Below, piece after piece: positions 36,764 to 45,900 of a DNA stretch of 64,000 nt (position 1 is its first letter; each line of letters begins with the position of its first letter). The notes below the pieces were generated by a model. The model worked only from the letters and a program-made list of their open reading frames with translations, ran no database searches and was not told where the DNA came from. This DNA comes from a virus, in the IMG/VR virus record IMGVR_UViG_3300050821_003663, positions 1 through 64,000 of that record; one strand, written 5' to 3'. The position numbers and the translations under genes are program-made.

Positions 36764-36838
36764 GCGGGGTTAGCTGAGTGGAAAAGCGCTGGCCTTCCAA
36801 GCCGGAGATCGTGAGTTCAATCCTCACACCCCGCTCCA
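36764..36838 (+). tRNA. tRNA-Gly(TCC)
   Basis: Loop CTTCCAA, TCCA end. Confidence 0.9.
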
Positions 36839-36895
36839 CAAAATAATTCAGCCTACACAGGAAACATGCTACTATCGCGAAAAGGTAGCATCGAA

Positions 36896-37675
36896 ATGCC
36901 CCTGAGACACATTAGGAACTTCTTCAAGAGGCCCACAGCGAAGGCATACTGGTGGACGCAGATCGCCAATTTTGGCGATGCGCTCGCACCGCTGCTTCTC
37001 GGCCGGTTCGCCGACCTGGACAACGTCCAATACGCTCCGGTTGGCGAGGCGAACATTGCTTCCGTGGGCTCAATCCTGGAACACATCCCCGCCGGTTGGA
37101 GCGGGTACATCGTCGGCTCAGGCATTCTACGCGAAGAGTCAAAGCTAAAGTTTGACCCCCAGCAAGCCAAGATCCTAGCGCTTCGCGGCCCACTGTCGGC
37201 TCGCGGAATAAAGGGCAGCTTCGCGATAGGAGATCCCGGACTACTCGCCAACGAGCTCGTCGGGATCCAGGAGAAGCAGTGGGACTTGGGAATCGTTCCG
37301 CACTGGCTGGATGACCAGTTAGAAAAAAGGTTCCGCAAGCTGGTTCCAACGAAGTTCACCCTCAAAGTCATCAGCCCGCACAACCACCCCCTCAAGGTCA
37401 TCAGGGAGATAGGCGCTTGCAAGAGAATCGTTACATCATCCCTTCATGGAATGATTGTGGCGGACTCCATCGGCGGCATCCCCCGAAGGGTAGAGGTGTG
37501 CGAAAAGATGAAGAGGGAGGGGGGAACGTTCAAATTCCACGACTACAGCGCTTCGATAAAGACGCCACTTCAGATCGGGAAGATGACCGAGCCGAACTAT
37601 AACCAGGTTGACGACACGAAGAACGAAATCTACGACGCCTACAGAGAGCTCGGCGGGCTATATGGGAAAAATTGA
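36896..37675 (+). CDS. Polysaccharide pyruvyltransferase (ExoV-like)
   Basis: NFGDAL, VGSIL, ALRGPLS, GDPGLL, GIVPH, TSSLHG, FKFHDY. Confidence 0.88.
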   Translation: MPLRHIRNFFKRPTAKAYWWTQIANFGDALAPLLLGRFADLDNVQYAPVGEANIASVGSILEHIPAGWSGYIVGSGILREESKLKFDPQQAKILALRGPLSARGIKGSFAIGDPGLLANELVGIQEKQWDLGIVPHWLDDQLEKRFRKLVPTKFTLKVISPHNHPLKVIREIGACKRIVTSSLHGMIVADSIGGIPRRVEVCEKMKREGGTFKFHDYSASIKTPLQIGKMTEPNYNQVDDTKNEIYDAYRELGGLYGKN

Positions 37676-38552
37676 TCTAGGCGGAGTTGTCCGAAGGGCG
37701 TGGTTCACTCTGCGTAGGCTAGTCAGAGCTCGCGGCCACGGCATCAGCATCCTTGTGCCGCTGTACTTCGATGGCGCCGGCGGCCAGCGAGAGAGAAACT
37801 GGAACTGGCTGAGGGAATACTGGAGGGTAAATCTTCCCGGCGCAGAAGTGGTGATCGGAAGAGATGCGGAAGCCATTCGGAGTCAGACGCCATTTTCAAA
37901 GTCCGCAGCTATAAACGATGCGGCGAGCAGGGCGCTAGGCGATGTCTTTGTGGTCGTCGACGCCGACATCTACATCCCCGCCCAAACAATCGTTGATTGC
38001 GCCAAGGAGATTCGCCTTGCCGTAAGTAAGGGTAGGAAGCTCTGGTTTGTCCCGTACCGCAAGATCTTTCGACTCACGGAAGAAGCTTCGCGCAAGTTGC
38101 TGGAATCCAGCCCAAAGCGTCCGGTCACACCTACCGATGGGATACAGGCCATGACCGTCGGACACTGGTGGGGAGCGATGATCCAGATGATGCCCCGCGA
38201 GGCGTTCGAGACGGTTGGCGGCTGGGATCCACGGTTCAAGGGGTGGGGAGGAGAAGATCGAGCCGCAATGGTGGCGATGGACACTCTCTACGGACCACAC
38301 AAGACCTTTCGAGGCGAGGTGCTCCATATTTGGCACCCCGTCATTACCAGACCTTCGGCCGATAATGATCGGGTGAAGAGTCGTATGTGGGCGAATCAGG
38401 ATCCAAGCCAGTACAACAACGTTCTCTCGGGAAGGTACTTTGCGTCTCAGTGGAACGTGAAGCGGATGAGGCGACTCGTGGATGAGTTCAAGAACGAGGG
38501 GACCGTCTCCAGCCCGGACAGCTCACCGCCAACCTCCACCATCTCGCCCTAG
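37662..38552 (+). CDS. GT-A glycosyltransferase (GT2/GT7C-like)
   Basis: FSKSAAIN, VDADI, GGWDPRFKGWGGED, HIWH. Confidence 0.88.
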   Translation: MGKIDLGGVVRRAWFTLRRLVRARGHGISILVPLYFDGAGGQRERNWNWLREYWRVNLPGAEVVIGRDAEAIRSQTPFSKSAAINDAASRALGDVFVVVDADIYIPAQTIVDCAKEIRLAVSKGRKLWFVPYRKIFRLTEEASRKLLESSPKRPVTPTDGIQAMTVGHWWGAMIQMMPREAFETVGGWDPRFKGWGGEDRAAMVAMDTLYGPHKTFRGEVLHIWHPVITRPSADNDRVKSRMWANQDPSQYNNVLSGRYFASQWNVKRMRRLVDEFKNEGTVSSPDSSPPTSTISP

Positions 38553-38575
38553 TTCTCCGGTTTATACTTTGCCAG

Positions 38576-39514
38576 ATGCCTAAGCCAAACCAAATCGGCA
38601 AGTTGACGACAGTGGAGGGTATGGACCCTACGTTCACCCAGCACTACTCGCAGCTTATCGACATGGTCAACACCCTGGCCGGATACAACGGGACTATTCA
38701 GCTATCCGACCACATCGACATGGGCGGCAAGTCCATCAAAAACGTAGTCCCCACCAGCGATCCCGGTGATGTCGTAACGCAAGCCCTAGCTGCGAAGAAG
38801 TACAGCCCGTCAGCGATACGGCCATATCTCGAATCGAATGGAAGCGTTCCGCTCCAGACCCAGCGAAGGCTCAACGACCCGAATCAGCGGGAACAGCAGA
38901 GTAGCTGGCTGAACGATTTGATGGGAACCCCTCCAAGCGCTAACACTTTGTTTCCGATCTTGACGAACGTGGGTGGGGGAGTCCAGGTAGATCTTCCCGC
39001 AAGCACCTTCACCTTCGCAGATGGAAGCATCGTCAGCCTTCTTGCCTACACCCACCTCCTGTCCCTGCCGGCGTCGTACACGATCTCCAGCATCTCCGCC
39101 ACAGGCAACGTCGTGACAGTAGTGCTGACCACCCCGTCTACCTTGACGGCCGGCAGCGCCGTCACCATAGAGGGCGTCACGCCTAGTTCGTTCAATGGGA
39201 CATTTGTGTTGACGTCGGTGACGGGTGGAGGCACAACCTTCACGTACCAGCTATCCATCGGCACTGTAACGGGTAGCGGCGGCACCGCACTTCTCAACGG
39301 GGTGTACTACTTCACCGTCACGAAGAGAAGCAATCTGATATTCGTGAAGGGTCCGTTCGCTGCGGATACCGCGCAAAATCGACTGCAAGCCAACTTCGAC
39401 AGCTTCCAGATTGTTGCGGTCGTGGTCGTGACTGCAAGCGGCGGGCAGGTAGAATCGAGCGGCGGCGGCGGATCTCCGCTCACCGGCCCGGTAGCGGCAG
39501 GGGCCTTTTTGTAG
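38576..39514 (+). CDS. Virion structural protein (beta-rich C-terminus)
   Basis: IDMGGKSIKNV motif; ISATGNVVTV...FNGTFVLT domain. Confidence 0.6.
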   Translation: MPKPNQIGKLTTVEGMDPTFTQHYSQLIDMVNTLAGYNGTIQLSDHIDMGGKSIKNVVPTSDPGDVVTQALAAKKYSPSAIRPYLESNGSVPLQTQRRLNDPNQREQQSSWLNDLMGTPPSANTLFPILTNVGGGVQVDLPASTFTFADGSIVSLLAYTHLLSLPASYTISSISATGNVVTVVLTTPSTLTAGSAVTIEGVTPSSFNGTFVLTSVTGGGTTFTYQLSIGTVTGSGGTALLNGVYYFTVTKRSNLIFVKGPFAADTAQNRLQANFDSFQIVAVVVVTASGGQVESSGGGGSPLTGPVAAGAFL

Positions 39515-39523
39515 GGAGGTATT

Positions 39524-39808
39524 ATGGCAGAGGAGATCAAGAGCGAGCTCGTCGTCGTAGATGCCGTCCACGACCCCGAAGGCGGACACATCACGATCAG
39601 GGTCCGTTGGAGGAATACGCGAGGTAAGGCTACGTGGTTCGGACCTGAAAAGGGCTACGGTGTGGATGCCACGGCTTTCAATAAGCGCTTCAACGGAGAC
39701 ATCCAGCAGGTGTTGAACTGGATCGCTAGCGAGCATCAGCAGTACAAGGGTGCGGATCCCGAAGTGACAAAGAAGATGACGGCGTTGAAGGGGAAAGTTA
39801 TCGGATGA
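39524..39808 (+). CDS. Hypothetical protein
   Basis: GGGAGG RBS. Confidence 0.7.
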   Translation: MAEEIKSELVVVDAVHDPEGGHITIRVRWRNTRGKATWFGPEKGYGVDATAFNKRFNGDIQQVLNWIASEHQQYKGADPEVTKKMTALKGKVIG

Positions 39809-40416
39809 CGGACCAACATTGGATGTGGTACGGAACGGAGACCTTGCAGGTGGTTCCGTACATGGAAGGTACGCCGGTTTACAAAGACGAGACGCTAACG
39901 CTGCTTTACCAGCGGACGCGAGATGAAGACAAACTGGAGACGGTGTTCTGTGGGGACAAGATGAGCCACGACGCCTTCGTCTCCTTCTTCCATCAGCGGA
40001 AGACGATGCAGGTACTCTGCGAGGTGGAACCAGACAAAGAGAAAAACCTCCACCCGGTAGGGTATTCATGGGTGGATCTCCCCAAGGGAATCGACGGCGC
40101 CAGGTCGGCGCACGCAGGCTTCTGCTTCTTCGACCACGCGGGAAAGCGAGGATCGGCGCGGGCTCTGGGATGTCTTGGAATCGCGTACTGGATCAAGGCG
40201 ATGAGGATCACCTCGCTCATTGGGGTGCTACTTGAATCTAATGTAGCGGCTAAGAATTTTGCCGAGCATCTGGGATATGTCGAGTGTGCAGTCATCCCCG
40301 AGTACCACTTCCGCAACGGAAAGCTCGAAGGAGCGAGGATTATGCACCTCTCTGCCGAGCGTTTCCTTCCTGTGTTCAATGAGTGGAGAGAGCGGAATCC
40401 TGTGGCTGGAAAATAA
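39805..40416 (+). CDS. GNAT-fold protein (podoviral virion-assembly acetyltransferase-like)
   Basis: NVAAKNFAEHLGY motif; position ahead of ejection genes. Confidence 0.7.
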   Translation: MTDQHWMWYGTETLQVVPYMEGTPVYKDETLTLLYQRTRDEDKLETVFCGDKMSHDAFVSFFHQRKTMQVLCEVEPDKEKNLHPVGYSWVDLPKGIDGARSAHAGFCFFDHAGKRGSARALGCLGIAYWIKAMRITSLIGVLLESNVAAKNFAEHLGYVECAVIPEYHFRNGKLEGARIMHLSAERFLPVFNEWRERNPVAGK

Positions 40417-40449
40417 CGATTGCGGTACGCTCCTGAGAGGAGCGAACTC

Positions 40450-41022
40450 GTGTCCAAGCCTACAGGGGAGAATCAGCAACTCCAAACTGCGCAAACCAAC
40501 CTTGCGAATATCATGGCGAGCACGGGTGAGCAATCAGCTCAGGAAGGCTCGACTCTCTTCAATCTCGCACTTCCCGGACTACAGCAAGCTGAAGGCTATT
40601 ACGGCAAGCTGGCGACCGGAGACCCGGCAGCACTCGCACGGGCAAACGCCCCAGCGATCCAGTCGATTACGTCGGCAAGCAACTCCGCGAAGAAAAACAT
40701 CACTCAAGATATGCCGCGAGGCGGAGAACGAAACCTTGCGCTCGAAGAGGCGGATCTCAGCAAGGGTGCGCAGATCAGCGGGCTCACGACGGGATCGTAT
40801 ACGAGCTCTTTCGGTTCACTCGCCGGCCTGGGTGGACAGAACGTATCGCAAGGAACGGCGGCTACAGGCACGGGCCTGCAGGGGATGAATGCGGCCGCGA
40901 ATCAATTTGGTCAACTCCAGCAACTCAACAACGAGCAGAAAGCGACTCAGCTCGGATTCTTCGGCTCGCTCGCGGGCGCGGCGGGAACGGCCGCTGGCGG
41001 CGGAGCATTCGGAACGCTATAG
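40450..41022 (+). CDS. DNA ejection/internal virion protein
   Basis: Gly/Ala/Gln-rich with C-terminal GSLAGAAGTAAGGG. Confidence 0.7.
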   Translation: MSKPTGENQQLQTAQTNLANIMASTGEQSAQEGSTLFNLALPGLQQAEGYYGKLATGDPAALARANAPAIQSITSASNSAKKNITQDMPRGGERNLALEEADLSKGAQISGLTTGSYTSSFGSLAGLGGQNVSQGTAATGTGLQGMNAAANQFGQLQQLNNEQKATQLGFFGSLAGAAGTAAGGGAFGTL

Positions 41023-41036
41023 AGGGGAGATAAGCC

Positions 41037-42896
41037 GTGGCAGTGGACACACCCCAGATCAAGATTGACCCGTACCAGTCGACAGTGCCGACGGTGCAGA
41101 TCCCTCCACAGGTGATCGACCAAGAGACGCGGCCGGCAGCTCCATTGCCGGGTCAGTTCGGGCGACCGGGAACGGGTGCGCTCGCGATTGGGGACTCGCT
41201 CATCAAGGGCTTCTTGCTGGGTCACCAGCAGCTTGCAGATCGGAAGGCGAAGCAGGCGCAGGCTACAATCGCGGCGGCCGACCAAAGCACCGAGGCAGCC
41301 TATCAGCAGTATCAGGACTCCATCTCCAGCGGGAAAGATCAGGCGACACAGGAAGCTACCTACAAGAACTACCTCGACACCTTCAACAAGGCGAAGGAGA
41401 CGAAGGCGAAGTTCGTGCTTCCGGAGAAGCCAGCGAAGGGTCAGAAGAAAGACGCGAAGAAGGACGGCCAACAGCAACAAGGCCAAGGCGGTCTAGGCGC
41501 CAGCATTAAGGACTTCTTCGGCGCAAACCCACACTTGGTTCCGCAGATCGCGCTCGCGACGATGCAGCCCAAGCCCCCCGGACTGTCACAGGATAATCAG
41601 GTTCGCAAGCTTCAAACCGAAGCACTGCAGACCGAGGTTGAGGCGGGCAAGGAGAATCTCACTGCCACAAGAGAAAACCGTCAACGCGCTGCGGACGCCG
41701 AAGCAAGGGCAGAGAGCCAGCGCCAGGTCGAAGCGAACGGTGGGATCGACGCGGTCCTCAATAACAAGACGGCGGACCCGAAGTTGCAGCAAACCGCTCG
41801 GATGATGAAGTACGCGCAGCTTGATGCGCAGAGTCCTGAAGCGAAGCTGAAGACCCAGTACGAGCAGCAGCTCCTCAGTGGCGAGTCCAAAAATTGGACC
41901 CCGGAGCAACGGGTGATGGCTGGCCAGATGGGAGTGGTTCCCCTGCCGGTAGCGCAGACGGTCACCGGAAAGAATGGTCACCAGCAACAGATCTTAGTAG
42001 ACCCGACGACGAACAAGCCGGTTCCAGGGAGCACCCCGCTGGATCTCGGTCCTCCTGCGTGGGCATCGGAATTCTACGCAAAGCGAGCGGCCGACCGCGC
42101 CGATCTCCAGAAGGCGGTGCAAGGCAATCCGGAGGCGTACGGTGTAACACCATCATCAGACCCGAAGGCGATGAAGGCGGCAATCGACGCGAAGGTGTCA
42201 GAGCTGGTAGTCGCAACCGAGTTTGGGATCAAAAACGTTGCGGGATCCACCGGAAAGACTGGCTACGAGGTTCAACGCGACAACACCTACCTGCAGGATG
42301 TAGTGAAGGCCGCAGGATTGAACGCCAAGGCAGGAAGCAGCCCGCTGGATACGGGTCAGGCGACGATGTTCTATCCGGTTGACGCTGGCGGTCAGAAGGC
42401 AGGCCAGCCGTTCGCGGTAGGCCGCGAGTACTTCAACAAGATCCTGACCAGCTACACCACGAACCCAGCGGAGGGGAACGGAATCCGCGCCTTTCGAACA
42501 GACTCTCCGATGCCTGGAGTAAAGAGTCCGACGAATCCCGACGGCAAGCCGGCAGAGGTGCTCGAAGCCGAGCGCCGGTTCATGTACCAGTGGGTGAAGA
42601 ACCAGATGATGGATGCCAAGGGCAAGAGCGCCCTGACATCCGATCAGGCCGACCAACTTCTCCGAACGACGGCGTTGGGCAGGCCGATTGTCTCCGGATC
42701 CATGACGCGGCCGCCGGCAGCGCCGGGAGAGCCAGCTCGCGCCGGAGGATCTTCGATGCAGCGGCCACCGAGCGGACCAACGAAGCTGTATGCTGTGACG
42801 GGAGTCAACGGTCCAGTAGCTTTGACCGATGAAGAGGTTCAGAAGGCTAAGGCCGCTGGCGTCGACGTCCAAGATATAAGCTCATTCAATCAGTAA
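41037..42896 (+). CDS. DNA ejection/internal virion protein
   Basis: Gln/Ala-rich helical protein between small and giant ejection genes. Confidence 0.65.
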   Translation: MAVDTPQIKIDPYQSTVPTVQIPPQVIDQETRPAAPLPGQFGRPGTGALAIGDSLIKGFLLGHQQLADRKAKQAQATIAAADQSTEAAYQQYQDSISSGKDQATQEATYKNYLDTFNKAKETKAKFVLPEKPAKGQKKDAKKDGQQQQGQGGLGASIKDFFGANPHLVPQIALATMQPKPPGLSQDNQVRKLQTEALQTEVEAGKENLTATRENRQRAADAEARAESQRQVEANGGIDAVLNNKTADPKLQQTARMMKYAQLDAQSPEAKLKTQYEQQLLSGESKNWTPEQRVMAGQMGVVPLPVAQTVTGKNGHQQQILVDPTTNKPVPGSTPLDLGPPAWASEFYAKRAADRADLQKAVQGNPEAYGVTPSSDPKAMKAAIDAKVSELVVATEFGIKNVAGSTGKTGYEVQRDNTYLQDVVKAAGLNAKAGSSPLDTGQATMFYPVDAGGQKAGQPFAVGREYFNKILTSYTTNPAEGNGIRAFRTDSPMPGVKSPTNPDGKPAEVLEAERRFMYQWVKNQMMDAKGKSALTSDQADQLLRTTALGRPIVSGSMTRPPAAPGEPARAGGSSMQRPPSGPTKLYAVTGVNGPVALTDEEVQKAKAAGVDVQDISSFNQ

Positions 42897-42904
42897 GGGC
42901 CGAC

Positions 42905-45900
42905 ATGGCAGAAGACGTTCTGGAAAAATTGAGTGCCGCGATTGGCCGCAAGATTACGCCCGAGTCGACGGCGAAGAAGCCGGTCTATGTAGCTGGCGAA
43001 AACGTGAAGGGGCTCAAGGAACCGGGCAACATCGACATCACGAATCGTCCCGTGGTTCCAAATCCAGCCGCCGGCAAGGGTCAGTCAAGCACCGTACTCT
43101 CGATGGGGATCGAGGAAGACGGAAAGCATGTTTTGATTCCGATGGTGAGCGACGGCGCAGACGGCAAGCCGCCTCGCATAATGAATAAGAAAGAAGCCAT
43201 CGACTACTACCACAAAACCAAGAAGCATCTAGGGATTTTCGATAGCGATGCCGCTGCCGACGAATACGGAAGAAACGTTCTACACCCCCAGCAGGCCACC
43301 CTGAAGAACGTGAACGGGAGGACTTCGGCCGCCCCGGATCTGTCCTCAATCATCGGCCGAAGGGTGGAGCCCGAGAAGGTCTCCCCGCTGGCGATGCAGC
43401 GGTTCAAGATGTACAGCCAAGCCCGGACGAACGGATTCGACCCGGACGCGGCGATGAAGACGGCGATGTCGACCGCAGGGACCGTCGAAGGAGCGCCGGG
43501 ACAGTCGATGTACCAGAAGGCCAAGTCAGCCTTCGCCAACGTTCCGCTGGCGCCGGGAGCAACAAGAACGCTCGGCGACGTAGGCAAGGACATCTCGGAA
43601 GTCCTGCATCGCGCCTGGGCGAATCCGATGGCGATGTCAGATTCAGAGTGGGCGAGTCATCAGCAGAACATCGACAAATTCTTCGACGACTACCTCCAGC
43701 AGGCAAAGGCGAAGATCGGAGAGCCGACCACCCCGTTCAAGAAGTTCCAGACAGGAGCGGCTCAGTTTGAAGCTGGGGCCTTCGCTGGGACGGCCAAGAC
43801 GGCGGCAGAGTTCACATCTCCCGGCCAGATCGCATTGTTGGTGGGAACCTTCGGTGAAAGCGCGTTGGCGCGTGTAGCGGCTAAGACTGGAATTGCCGGA
43901 GCTGTCCCCGCAGCGAAGACGATAGCGAAGCTGTTGCAGTTGAATTTCACTGCGTCGATGATCGAAGGCACCGCCACCGGAGTCGAAGACACCTTCCGCA
44001 ACGCCATCAAGGGAGACTGGAAGGCAGCCGGCCAGTCAGCGGCCGAAGGTCTAATCAGCGGCGTGATGGCGAAGTCTGCCATCGACCATGAGACCGCGCA
44101 AATCCGAGTAAGGGCGGATCTGGAGAAAGTGGCGCGAGACAAGTACGGAGCCCCGGCGGGCCATCCGGTTACTGCTGCGATCACCTCCCGGTTCAACCAG
44201 CTCGACCCCTTCCGGCAGGCGGCGGTCATTGACGAAGCCGTGAAGCAGTCGAAGGAGTATCAAGACATCCTCAAGGACGTCGACGACAAGAACGCCGACG
44301 CTAAAGCTGAGACGCGGAAACAGCAGCGAGGGCGACTAAACGATTACTACGGCCGCGCTATGTCGGAAGCATGGGATGAGAACGTTGCTAGAAGGACGCT
44401 GCAGGGCCTCCAGCGTGGCCGCCAAGCGGTCGGTCGGATGGAAGAGGCGTCACGGCAGGCAGACACCAAGCGAGCGCAGGAAGAGCACGTACGCGAGCAG
44501 CAGAGCATCACGCTAAGGCTGATAGAAGAGCATCGCGAGATGGATCGGCAAGCAGCCGCGAAGCAGCGGATCGAGCGCGGGCAGGAAGCAGCCTCCGAAC
44601 GGTCCCAGGTGGGACGGATCTCCGAGGTGCTATCCGACAAGCGGAACGACGTATTCCGTCAGCGCCAGGAATTCGATAGTATCGCGCCGGCCGAGACAGC
44701 GCCTCGCCGGCAGATCGAGGCAGTGGTCACCCCCGAGGGCCAGGTAGCCTACCCTGCGATGTTCTGGGGAGAAGAGAATCATTTTGGAGTTGCCGGCGAT
44801 CTTGGCGGACACGCGGTCTATCGCCAGACGCCACGCGGAACGGAGTGGCTAGGGACCGACGGCAATTTCAGCGAAGCTCCGGAGTCGGTCTACATGGCGG
44901 CGAAGCCGGAAGAGGCTGACACGATGGCGCGGCTTGGAGCGCTCACAGCAGAGGCAACCTACCGGGCAGAAGAAGAGGGCGGAGAACACGTAAAGGACGC
45001 AGATGAGCTATCGGCAATTCTCAGAGATTATTCGGAAGGTGAAATCGACGCGAAAGAAGCTCGAAAGAGGGCGGGAATCGCGGACACAACCAAGCTGCCA
45101 GACGAGTACACGGCCGCTCGGGATGGGAGGCTCAATGGACCCTTTTATGATTCATCAGCACGAGGGTATTATGACGGACTTGCTGAGGAGGCAAGAACCG
45201 CTGGCCTTACTGAAGAAGAAACCAACGAACTCCTCAACGAAGCCGGTATGCTTTCCCGTCAGCAAACCGAAAACAACCTCCACCACGTCTCCCGTCCGGG
45301 CGACTACGTCGTTTCGGGTAAAGGAATAAAGTGGACGCTCGACAGCAAGGGCGTACTCCACTCTGACGAAGGTGGAGCAGTACCCCTGTTGAAGCGCGGG
45401 CTCTACTCGAATGACGCTCTACAGCTAGCGGGGAGCGGCCGCGTAGGCTACGGTACGCAGACGCGGGACGAGCGCAGGGCATCCGACGCTCGCCGCCGGC
45501 AGACCGAAGCTGACATCCGGCAGAATCAGGAGCAGGTCGACCGCGAGATGCGATTGGCAGTGCAGCGCCAGGACATCACACCTGCAGCGGAAACAGAGCC
45601 CCGCGCCGATACCATCGACAAAGACGTCCGCAGGCAGAGGTTTATGACGCGGCCGCCACGGGCGGAAGAGAGCCAGGTCGGAGCCATCGTCCGGATGGTG
45701 CTAACGGCGCCCACCGACGCGAAGAGTGTCATCAAGGCCATTGCGGCAAGGAACGGAGTCAGCGAGCAAGAGGTGATGCGCCTTCAGATCGCGGCTGACC
45801 CAGATCGCCTCAACGCCCCGGAGGCGAAGGTAGCGCGGCTGGAGATCGGCGACACGATCACAGACGACTTCCGCAAGGATCGGCCGTGGAAGGTGGAGCA

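Noticed and set aside
29423-36773. ORF-track ORFs overlapping tRNA arrays (e.g. 33029-33466, 32782-33294, 36451-36690)
   Set aside because: They run through cloverleafs, lack an RBS and have no protein-like motifs.
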